Below, piece after piece: positions 56,605 to 64,000 of a stretch of DNA of 64,000 nt. The notes under the pieces were generated by a model, which did no database searches, was not told the origin of the DNA, and saw only the letters and a list, made by a program, of their open reading frames with translations. Both the position numbers and the translations under genes were made by a program. Location: NCBI GenBank assembly GCA_020697715.1, contig JAEHCO010000001.1, positions 512,001 to 576,000 of the forward strand, read 5' to 3'. Source of the DNA: Methanobacteriota archaeon. Lineage in GTDB: Archaea; Thermoplasmatota; Thermoplasmata; SG8-5; JAGLSY01. Within the stretch, counting starts at the first letter, position 1. Each line of letters begins with the position of its first letter.

Positions 56605-58035
56605 ATGGTGGTTTACATCGTGGGCGCGGGCCCTGGAGATATCGGACTCGTCACACTCAAGGCGAAGGAATTGGTTCAGCGAGCGCAAGTAATAATATAC
56701 GACAAACTGGCCAATCCCCAGATATTGGATTGGGCTCCAGTTGATTGCGAGATGATATACATGGGTAAAAGGGAAAAGGATTCCGCTCATTCTCAGACCA
56801 TCCAGCAGCAGATCAATGACGCCATAGTCGAACATGGCCGTGATAAGTTCGTGGTTCGTTTGAAAGGTGGCGATCCACTCATATTCGGCCGCGGTGGCGA
56901 GGAAGCCCAGATCTGCTTAGAGGCTGGAATTCCCTTTGAATTGGTTCCAGGTATCTCATCCGCTGTATCCGTGCCAGCTTATGCTGGAGTTCCAGTAACT
57001 CATCGCGATTTCAATTCATCCGTTGCTTTCGTAACAGGTCATGAATCTGACAAGGAAGGTTCGTCCATAGAATGGAAAAATCTTCCGGATAATATTGTCG
57101 TACTGATGGGAGTATCCAGGATATCCATGACAGCCAAAAGGCTCATGGGCCATGGACGGCCAGCAGATACACCGGTGGCCGCCATATACAGCGGAACAAC
57201 ACCCAAGCAAAAGACCGTGATGTCCACTTTGGGCAAGCTGGCCGAGGAAGGCATAGACCTGCAGCCTCCGGTTATATTCGTTATAGGTCCGGTGGCTGAA
57301 CTTCACAATCAACTCAGCTGGTTCGAGAAGAAACTGGCCAATCTCAGAGGAAAGAAAGTGGTATTGACAAGAGCCAAAAGCCACATGAAGGAGAGCTTGG
57401 AGCTCTTCGAAAGTTATGGCATGGAAGCAATACCCATGCCACTTATCGAGATAGTTACCAGGGACTTCCAGGTGCCCGAAGTATCCGAATACGACGCCCT
57501 GGTCTTCACCTCATTGGAAGGCGTGAAGAAGGTGGGTGAGAAAATAGATCTATCAAATTATGCTGGCAGGATGTTCAGCATAGGCCCGAAGACCCGCTCC
57601 CACATCGAGAAGGAGTGGGGATTGAGAGCCACAAGTGGAGAAGCATACAATTCTGAAGGTCTAGGGGAGCACATAATGGCCGAAATGCCGAAGGGCTCGA
57701 AAATACTAGCCCTTCGCTCATCCGCTGCCACGGACCACCTGCCTTCCAGATTATCAAAGGATCATGATTATAGTGAGGTGCCTGTGTATGATATAGAAAG
57801 ATTGCCAGCTGATAAGAGCCAGATTCTCTCATCCGATGCGGTCTTTGTAGTATCAGCATCATGCGCCAAAAGTATCAGTGAAGTGTCTCCCAAGGCTTAT
57901 GATGGCAAGACCATCATATCCATCGGTCCCGAGACCTCAAAGTATTTGACCATGCCCCACATCACGGCCAGAGAGCACACCATACAGGGCATGGTGAATA
58001 CGTATATGAATTATATATGGAGTGGATTTCCATGA
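56605..58035 (+). CDS. cobA: Uroporphyrinogen-III C-methyltransferase / uroporphyrinogen-III synthase fusion (CobA-HemD)
   Basis: VGAGPGD, RLKGGDPLIFGRGGEE, PVTHR; C-part LRGKKVVLTR, FTS, IGPKT, IGPET. Confidence 0.92.
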   Translation: MVVYIVGAGPGDIGLVTLKAKELVQRAQVIIYDKLANPQILDWAPVDCEMIYMGKREKDSAHSQTIQQQINDAIVEHGRDKFVVRLKGGDPLIFGRGGEEAQICLEAGIPFELVPGISSAVSVPAYAGVPVTHRDFNSSVAFVTGHESDKEGSSIEWKNLPDNIVVLMGVSRISMTAKRLMGHGRPADTPVAAIYSGTTPKQKTVMSTLGKLAEEGIDLQPPVIFVIGPVAELHNQLSWFEKKLANLRGKKVVLTRAKSHMKESLELFESYGMEAIPMPLIEIVTRDFQVPEVSEYDALVFTSLEGVKKVGEKIDLSNYAGRMFSIGPKTRSHIEKEWGLRATSGEAYNSEGLGEHIMAEMPKGSKILALRSSAATDHLPSRLSKDHDYSEVPVYDIERLPADKSQILSSDAVFVVSASCAKSISEVSPKAYDGKTIISIGPETSKYLTMPHITAREHTIQGMVNTYMNYIWSGFP

Positions 58036-59228
58036 TCGGCGTATCAAAACTATTGTTAGGAGCGGAGAGCGAGTCGGACGGGCTCAGATATGGGGATGCC
58101 AAGGAAGGCGGACCAGAGCAGATCAAACATCACCACGGAGCGGTGAAATCGAACAAACCCATTGTGGTCTGGAACATGACGAATCGATGCAATCTGAAAT
58201 GTGTTCATTGTTATGCCGAGGCAACCACTCAAACAGCCGAGGGCGAGCTCAGCACGGAAGAGGCAAAGAGATTCATCAAAGATGTGGCTGAATACAATGC
58301 GCCAGTGCTTCTCTTCTCGGGTGGCGAGCCTTTCATGAGGGATGACTTATTCGAATTGGCCAGATATGCGAAATCACTGGGTCTCCGACCTGTGATTTCT
58401 ACTAATGGAACACTGATCACCGAAGATAAGGCGAGGCAGGCCAAAGAGGCCGGCATCATGTACATTGGGGTTTCACTGGATGGACTGAAAGATGTGAATG
58501 ACAAATTCCGAGGAGTGGATGGGGCCTTCGACAGGGCTGTCGAAGGAATGAAGAATTGCCTCAAGGTGGGACAGAAGACCGGACTCAGATTCACGATAAC
58601 CCAGCATAATAAGGACGACCTGGAGGGGGTGCTCCTCAAGCTCAAGGAGATCGGGGTAAGCAGATGCTGCGTGTACCATCTGGATTATACTGGAAGGGGC
58701 AAGGAGATACAGGAACTGGACCTGAGCCACGAAGAGACCAGAAAAGCGATGAGCACTTATTTCGATCTTACAAAAAAGCACCATGATGATGGGTATCTGA
58801 TAGAGACTCTGCTTGTTGGCAATTACGCGGATGCTGGCTACCTTTATCTCACACTGAAGGATGAGGACCCAGAGAGAGCGGAATGGGCTTACAGTCTGCT
58901 AAAAAGGAACGGTGGCGATGGTACAGGGCAGACAATAGCGGATGTCGACCACCTTGGCAGGGTGCATGCGAACCAGTTCTGGCAGCACTACAGCTTTGGA
59001 AATGTAAAGGAAAGAAAGTTCGGTGAGATCTGGGATGACATCTCAGACCCGGTCATGAATGGGCTGAAGAACAAGGACGATAAGATCACTGGCCGTTGTG
59101 CAAAGGATAACTGTCGGTTCTTCGAGATATGCAGGGGTGGATCAAGGGTCAGGTCTGAAGCTGTGGGAGATGTTTGGGGATCCGATCCAGCTTGCTATTT
59201 GACCGATGAGGAGATCAAGATAAGATAA
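58032..59228 (+). CDS. ahbC: Radical SAM protein, AhbC (Fe-coproporphyrin synthase)-like
   Basis: MIGVSKL N-terminus, PIVVWNMTNRCNLKCVHCY, YIGVSLDG, GLRFT, CVYHL, QFW, DPACYLTDEEI. Confidence 0.85.
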   Translation: MIGVSKLLLGAESESDGLRYGDAKEGGPEQIKHHHGAVKSNKPIVVWNMTNRCNLKCVHCYAEATTQTAEGELSTEEAKRFIKDVAEYNAPVLLFSGGEPFMRDDLFELARYAKSLGLRPVISTNGTLITEDKARQAKEAGIMYIGVSLDGLKDVNDKFRGVDGAFDRAVEGMKNCLKVGQKTGLRFTITQHNKDDLEGVLLKLKEIGVSRCCVYHLDYTGRGKEIQELDLSHEETRKAMSTYFDLTKKHHDDGYLIETLLVGNYADAGYLYLTLKDEDPERAEWAYSLLKRNGGDGTGQTIADVDHLGRVHANQFWQHYSFGNVKERKFGEIWDDISDPVMNGLKNKDDKITGRCAKDNCRFFEICRGGSRVRSEAVGDVWGSDPACYLTDEEIKIR

Positions 59229-59401
59229 TTTCGCACTTAAAAGGGGAAATCATCTTATCTTGCCCTAATTATATATACCAAATCTCATTTCATCGATGTC
59301 TGATCAAATACTAATTTGGCCAAATTGCAAAGTGAGGTTATCGATGTATAGATCTCTGATCTTTACGTCGATACCTCGGCGATTTGGCTGAAAGCCAACA
59401 C

Positions 59402-59472
59402 GCCGAGGTAACATAGCGGCTATGTGGGGGCCTGCAGAGCCTCAAACGGGAGTTCAAATCTCCCCCTCGGCC
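59402..59472 (+). tRNA. tRNA-Cys(GCA), atypical C73
   Basis: GCCGAGG/CCTCGGC acceptor, ACAT/ATGT D-stem, GGGGC-CTGCAGA-GCCTC anticodon arm, GGGAG-TTCAAAT-CTCCC. Confidence 0.88.
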
Positions 59473-59596
59473 TTTTAATTTTTAATTGTTGATAGTCAGG
59501 CCGATAGCCTGCGACCAAAAGTCATCACAGATATCAGTAACGCTTTTGGTCTTGCTCGCAAGAAGACATCTAATTGCTGGCCTCCTTCTTGCTCGT

Positions 59597-59608
59597 TCCC
59601 CCTCGGCC
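59597..59608 (+). repeat. Duplicate of the tRNA-Cys 3' end
   Basis: tccccctcggcc is identical to 59461-59472 (offset 136 bp). Confidence 0.7.
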
Positions 59609-59676
59609 CCATTTTTATATTAAAATTAATCCTTATAATTAGGTTTATAACCCTCGGTAACATACCCTTTTAATCC

Positions 59677-61272
59677 ATGAAAGAGGAAGTTTTAGAGATA
59701 CTTACTGATCACGGCACACTCATAGAGCCAGATGCTGTAGATTTTATACTTTTACAGAAGGATCCAAAAGCTTTCATCAAGGATTTTCTCAATAAAAGAG
59801 AGGCACTGCCTCTTGTTCTCAGTTTGAAGGATTTCAGGACCACGGAATCCGTTCTCTCATATGCCCCGGAAGGATCGAAAGTGGAAGAGATAGGGGATGA
59901 TGAGATATCAGAAAATGAGCCACTGGAAGATATTTCAGAAGAGTCTCCAAAACCAGAAAATGATCATGGGTCACCAGATATTGTGGAAGAACAGACCCTG
60001 CTCACATCCAAGGCAGCTGCCACTCCGATCATGACAAAAAAGAGTGGCGCGATCATACTCACAGATATTACTGGCAATAGCACATGTGAAGGCAAGATAG
60101 ATAATTTTGCGCGATATTTCAAGGACAGATATGTCAGCCTGAGCAGGATAGTCCGCCAGTGGCAGAGGATGCGATCGGCCGTTCCCATCAATAAAGCACT
60201 TAAAAAAGAGGAAGAGGTCAAAGTCATCGGCATGATAAGTGATATCAATAAGACAAAGAACGACCATACCATTATCACGATCGAGGATGCCTCTGGTAAG
60301 ATGGATGCCCTGATATTGAAAAGTAGTCCATGCTCTTCGATATCATTGGTACAGGATGAGGTCATCGGGATCATTGGCCAGACAAAGAAAAGCAAAGGAG
60401 GCTTCAAGGACAATGATATGATGCTATTTCCTGATGAGATAGTCAAGCCAGATATTCCGGTGAATCGTTCTCCAAGAAGAGCCTCTGAGGATATCGAGGC
60501 TCTATTCATCTCCGATGTGCATGTTGGTAGTAAGCATTTTTTGGATAAGGAATGGGATCGTTTCATGGACTGGCTGGCTGATGACGACAATGTATCGAAG
60601 ATAAAATATATGATCATTGCAGGGGATGTGGTCGATGGAATTGGTGTATATCCAAATCAAAAAGAAGAGCTCACCATCCCGAACCTGATGGAGCAATATA
60701 CTGAGCTTGGTCGATTGCTTGAAAAAGTGCCAGAGCATATTGAGATGATAATCCAACCAGGTAATCATGATGCTGTTAGGCCAGCCGAGCCTCAGCCTGC
60801 TTTTGATGATGACATAAAAAGTAGATTCAATGCCGATCTAAATATTCGATTTGTCGGCAATCCCTGTTACATGACATTGGAGGGAGTGAATGTCCTTTCA
60901 TATCATGGAAGAAGTGTGGATGATCTTATCGGGGATGTTCCCCAGCTTACATATCAAACCCCGATACTCGCGATGAAGGAAATGCTCAAGAGAAGGCATA
61001 TGGCCATCACCTATGGCGGCAAGACTCCCATAGCTCCTGAGGACAAGGACTATATGATAATCAACCCGGTTCCTGACATATTCGTGACAGGCCATGTTCA
61101 CGGCTCGGGTGTCGATACATATCGGGGTGTGAAGCTGATAAGTGCATCTGCCTGGCAATCACAAACCCCATTTCAATCCATTCATAATTTTCACCCTGAT
61201 CCGGCCAAAGTAGTTTGCGTGAATTTGATGACTGGATCACATAAGATACTGGATTTCACCACACCCGAATGA
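59677..61272 (+). CDS. DNA polymerase D small subunit (DP1)
   Basis: DITGNSTCEG, OB fold, ISDVHVGS, GDVVDGIGVYP, PGNHD, YHGRS, RRH, GHVH, WQSQTPFQ. Confidence 0.94.
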   Translation: MKEEVLEILTDHGTLIEPDAVDFILLQKDPKAFIKDFLNKREALPLVLSLKDFRTTESVLSYAPEGSKVEEIGDDEISENEPLEDISEESPKPENDHGSPDIVEEQTLLTSKAAATPIMTKKSGAIILTDITGNSTCEGKIDNFARYFKDRYVSLSRIVRQWQRMRSAVPINKALKKEEEVKVIGMISDINKTKNDHTIITIEDASGKMDALILKSSPCSSISLVQDEVIGIIGQTKKSKGGFKDNDMMLFPDEIVKPDIPVNRSPRRASEDIEALFISDVHVGSKHFLDKEWDRFMDWLADDDNVSKIKYMIIAGDVVDGIGVYPNQKEELTIPNLMEQYTELGRLLEKVPEHIEMIIQPGNHDAVRPAEPQPAFDDDIKSRFNADLNIRFVGNPCYMTLEGVNVLSYHGRSVDDLIGDVPQLTYQTPILAMKEMLKRRHMAITYGGKTPIAPEDKDYMIINPVPDIFVTGHVHGSGVDTYRGVKLISASAWQSQTPFQSIHNFHPDPAKVVCVNLMTGSHKILDFTTPE

Positions 61273-61273
61273 T

Positions 61274-61726
61274 CTATTTCACTTCACCATCGAGACTGAT
61301 CTCTCCAGTGATCACCCTTGTCGAGGCTATGGCCTTTCCATCATCCGCCAGTACGATATCGATCTCCACTATATCCAGGGGTTCCAGACCATTCTGCTCC
61401 CTTGCCCAGTTCATGGCATCGGCCATCTCCCTGGTGTTCTTGGATACCACGATAGCATCGTAATTGTATGTGGCTGCTGGCCCGAAGGGATCATTGATCT
61501 CTGTGATTGTGAAGCTCTTATCTCCAGAGAGCTTCATTGCTTCTTCCATCAATCTTTTTTCCCTGATCTCAAAAGGCTCGACAGCCACATTTCTGTATCT
61601 GCCAGCCATCTCATCCGAAGTTAGACCTATATGAATATAATCTCCAATCTCAAAGGCCTTTGCAAGTAGTTCTCTATGGCCTTTGTGGAAAACATTGAAG
61701 GTTCCTGCCACTGCCACTTTTTTCAT
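61274..61726 (-). CDS. coaD: Phosphopantetheine adenylyltransferase (archaeal type)
   Basis: AVAGTFNVFHKGH, GLTSD, DPFGP, IVVS, IASTRV. Confidence 0.88.
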   Translation of the reverse strand: MKKVAVAGTFNVFHKGHRELLAKAFEIGDYIHIGLTSDEMAGRYRNVAVEPFEIREKRLMEEAMKLSGDKSFTITEINDPFGPAATYNYDAIVVSKNTREMADAMNWAREQNGLEPLDIVEIDIVLADDGKAIASTRVITGEISLDGEVK

Positions 61727-61735
61727 TTGGAGTCC

Positions 61736-61927
61736 TCATACACCCGAGAACATGGTGAATACCATTATGGCCATCGCTATGAACATCATGATCATGAGCT
61801 GGTTCTTCTTCTTCTTCATCATCTCTCTATGATTCACATTGCATTCATCACTGCAAAAAGTATCATCGGCCGGTATGGCCTTGCCGCAGTTCCTGCAATG
61901 TTTATGCTGTAATAGTCTCTCTGCCAT
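61736..61927 (-). CDS. DUF2116-like zinc-ribbon membrane protein
   Basis: HKHCRNCGKAIP...FCSDEC plus a C-terminal TM helix. Confidence 0.8.
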   Translation of the reverse strand: MAERLLQHKHCRNCGKAIPADDTFCSDECNVNHREMMKKKKNQLMIMMFIAMAIMVFTMFSGV

Positions 61928-61987
61928 ATGTTAACCCGTTCCTTATGTCAATATGCTTCACTATATATTATAATTGTTTCAAATTCA

Positions 61988-62773
61988 TCATGCGCCGAAC
62001 AATTTACCAAAGATACCCTTTTTCTCTATCGTGGGTATCTGGGCCTTGATCTCTTCTCCTGTGGCTCCATCCATTATGAGCTCGTAGGTCTTGCCACCGT
62101 ATTCGTAGTTTATAAACCATATAGGCGCATGAAGGAATTCCGTATTCTTTATGTCGATCTGGGTGTCCATACTGGTAATATGATCGACCTCGGATGATAG
62201 AAGGAACTTGTGATGTTCTTTCACTTCCTGGCTAGCTATTTCTCCAGCCTCTTTCTCATCCAATTCCGAGTTCAGGAACTTTCCATCCTTGCTTAGCAAT
62301 GAAAGGTTAAAATCCGCCTTCCCTGATGCAGGTATCTGGTATGACGTTGTAGGAAAGAATGTCCCTCTTCTTCCCACGACCTTCCAATAATATATCTTCG
62401 TGAAATCTCCCTTCTTTTCAATATTCTGGCCAGTTCTTGTCATCACGCCTTCATAGGACGTCTTTGCTGAAATATTGATTATGAAAAATGGAAGGAACTT
62501 CAGGTCCGCATTCAGTATCTTCGATCTTCGGGCAAGGTCCGATGGTTTCAGGAATCCCTTTTTCATCCATGATTCCACTTCCTTAGCTATTGCTGAATTA
62601 TCGAATTTCGCAGAGATTATAGAATGCTTGAGGAAATATTTCTTTCCTACTGCCAGATTCACATCCGAACCGCAATATTCGCAGGTGATTATCGCCTCAC
62701 CTGCTTTGATCTTGAGCGGCGCGCCACAATCTGGACATCCTATCTCTTCAGCAATTTCTACCATATATATCAC
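61988..62773 (-). CDS. Hypothetical protein with N-terminal zinc ribbon
   Basis: CPDCGAPL...CEYCG; C-terminal HAPIWFINY...DGATG. Confidence 0.75.
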   Translation of the reverse strand: MIYMVEIAEEIGCPDCGAPLKIKAGEAIITCEYCGSDVNLAVGKKYFLKHSIISAKFDNSAIAKEVESWMKKGFLKPSDLARRSKILNADLKFLPFFIINISAKTSYEGVMTRTGQNIEKKGDFTKIYYWKVVGRRGTFFPTTSYQIPASGKADFNLSLLSKDGKFLNSELDEKEAGEIASQEVKEHHKFLLSSEVDHITSMDTQIDIKNTEFLHAPIWFINYEYGGKTYELIMDGATGEEIKAQIPTIEKKGIFGKLFGA

Positions 62774-63564
62774 CCCTCACTGCCATTATTAAGCTCACTC
62801 AGGACCATGGCCTTTGTCAAGGCTTTCTCTATTCCTTTATCAAATAGGTCAATCGGATATTTGGTATAATCATATTCCAATCTATGGTCTATGTCCATTA
62901 AGATCAATCCTTCTGGTGGGACTGGATATATAGCCAGCTTCTCATCATTTCCTTCAAGGGCACTTACGATCTTTTCAAGTTCCAGCTTGCCATCGTATAC
63001 ACTTAAAATGGTAGATACAAGTCGGCGTATCATCTGCCACAGAAAACGTCTGGCCTTGAGATCGAATATTATGAATCCATTCTCTTCATGAATTGAGATC
63101 TCATCAATGGCCAGCTTTGTTTTATCCATCTTTTTATCTGTTTTTGAGAAATGTTTGAACTCATGCTCTCCCAGGAATGTGTCTGATATGCGACTGAGCA
63201 TATCAGCATCATATCCACCTTTGTTAAGCATGAAATACCTGTACCATCGCTGATACGCATATCGAGGTTTGAAGTCCTCATCTACTTTGGCCATACCATA
63301 GAACACGATATCCTTCAGGTCTGAATTCAGTGCGGGGATGATCCCTCGCTCATCCACATCGGTCTCTATCACCAACACATTCCCGAGAGCACTGACGCCT
63401 TTGTCCGTCCTGCTTGCTGGGTAGAAGTTACCTTCAATATCCTTCACGATGCCTTCCTTTTTCATCGTGTGGATTATAGCCCCCTCGATAGTGGTATGAT
63501 CTGGCTGTCTGGCATAACCATCAAAGGCAGTCCCATCATAGGCGAATTTCAATGCGTACCTCAT
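62770..63564 (-). CDS. truA: tRNA pseudouridine(38-40) synthase
   Basis: LKFAYDGT, RQP, SRTDKGVSA, R.Y.Y, FLWQMIRR, PEGLIL. Confidence 0.93.
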   Translation of the reverse strand: MRYALKFAYDGTAFDGYARQPDHTTIEGAIIHTMKKEGIVKDIEGNFYPASRTDKGVSALGNVLVIETDVDERGIIPALNSDLKDIVFYGMAKVDEDFKPRYAYQRWYRYFMLNKGGYDADMLSRISDTFLGEHEFKHFSKTDKKMDKTKLAIDEISIHEENGFIIFDLKARRFLWQMIRRLVSTILSVYDGKLELEKIVSALEGNDEKLAIYPVPPEGLILMDIDHRLEYDYTKYPIDLFDKGIEKALTKAMVLSELNNGSEG

Positions 63565-63616
63565 GCGAAGGCTAAATGCGGTTGTCTTTATAAATCAGAT
63601 TGCCTTCCCTCAGATC

Positions 63617-64000
63617 ATGACCGAGTTCTCCGTCATATTGGTACAGCCGAAGTTCGCAGGCAATATCGGGTCCATAGCCCGCTCTATGGCCAATTTCGGA
63701 ATTAAGGATATGATATTGGTCGATCCCTGTGAGCTTGGTGATGATGCTTATCGTTTTGCCAAACATGCCAGATACATCGTTGAAAATGCCAAGATAGTGG
63801 ATGACTTCTCCGCCGCAATAGATATGGTGGACATGGTAGTAGGCACTTCCGGTGTCCTCTCTGACAATGAGAGGAAGTTCAATCGTCACACAATGAACCC
63901 TAAGGAGTTTGCCGAACACATCCATGACAAGGATGGAAATATAGGACTAGTGTTTGGAAGAGAGGATCAAGGATTGTACAATGATGAAATATCCAAATGC
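63617..64000 (+). CDS. SPOUT RNA methyltransferase, TrmJ family (partial)
   Basis: Not in the ORF track. Manual translation: MTEFSVILVQPKFAGNIGSIARSMANFG...VVGTS...LVFGREDQGLYNDEI. Confidence 0.88.
   Translation, partial: MTEFSVILVQPKFAGNIGSIARSMANFGIKDMILVDPCELGDDAYRFAKHARYIVENAKIVDDFSAAIDMVDMVVGTSGVLSDNERKFNRHTMNPKEFAEHIHDKDGNIGLVFGREDQGLYNDEISKC

Overview
Archaeal chromosomal segment. It carries archaeal EF-2/EF-1alpha, S12/S7/S10, PolB, PolD DP1, aTrm56 and archaeal CoaD. The gene set and the Trm56+HD pairing suggest Thermoplasmatota (inference). It is mostly housekeeping: the str operon, a B12-dependent acyl-CoA mutase and class II RNR, purH, a complete siroheme-dependent (Ahb) heme operon divergent from a DsrE/TusA sulfur-relay operon, tRNA-Ser(GGA) and tRNA-Cys(GCA). 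I found no integrase, transposase or CRISPR array. Most notable: (1) an intact cyanophycinase + cyanophycin synthetase pair in an archaeon; (2) two paralogous STAND-type ATPase-TPR proteins flanking polB, each with a roadblock/longin-like domain inserted inside the ATPase; (3) a 2616-aa surface protein with two nested pairs of a phage-sheath-like domain; (4) a seamless FolC-endonuclease III fusion; (5) both tRNAs have their own 3' end re-duplicated 136-138 bp downstream, and tRNA-Cys has a C73 discriminator and a switch-like anti-tRNA leader; (6) ribosomal protein S7 has a ~145-aa K/E/P/A-rich N-terminal tail. All family calls come from motif recognition by eye; no searches were run.
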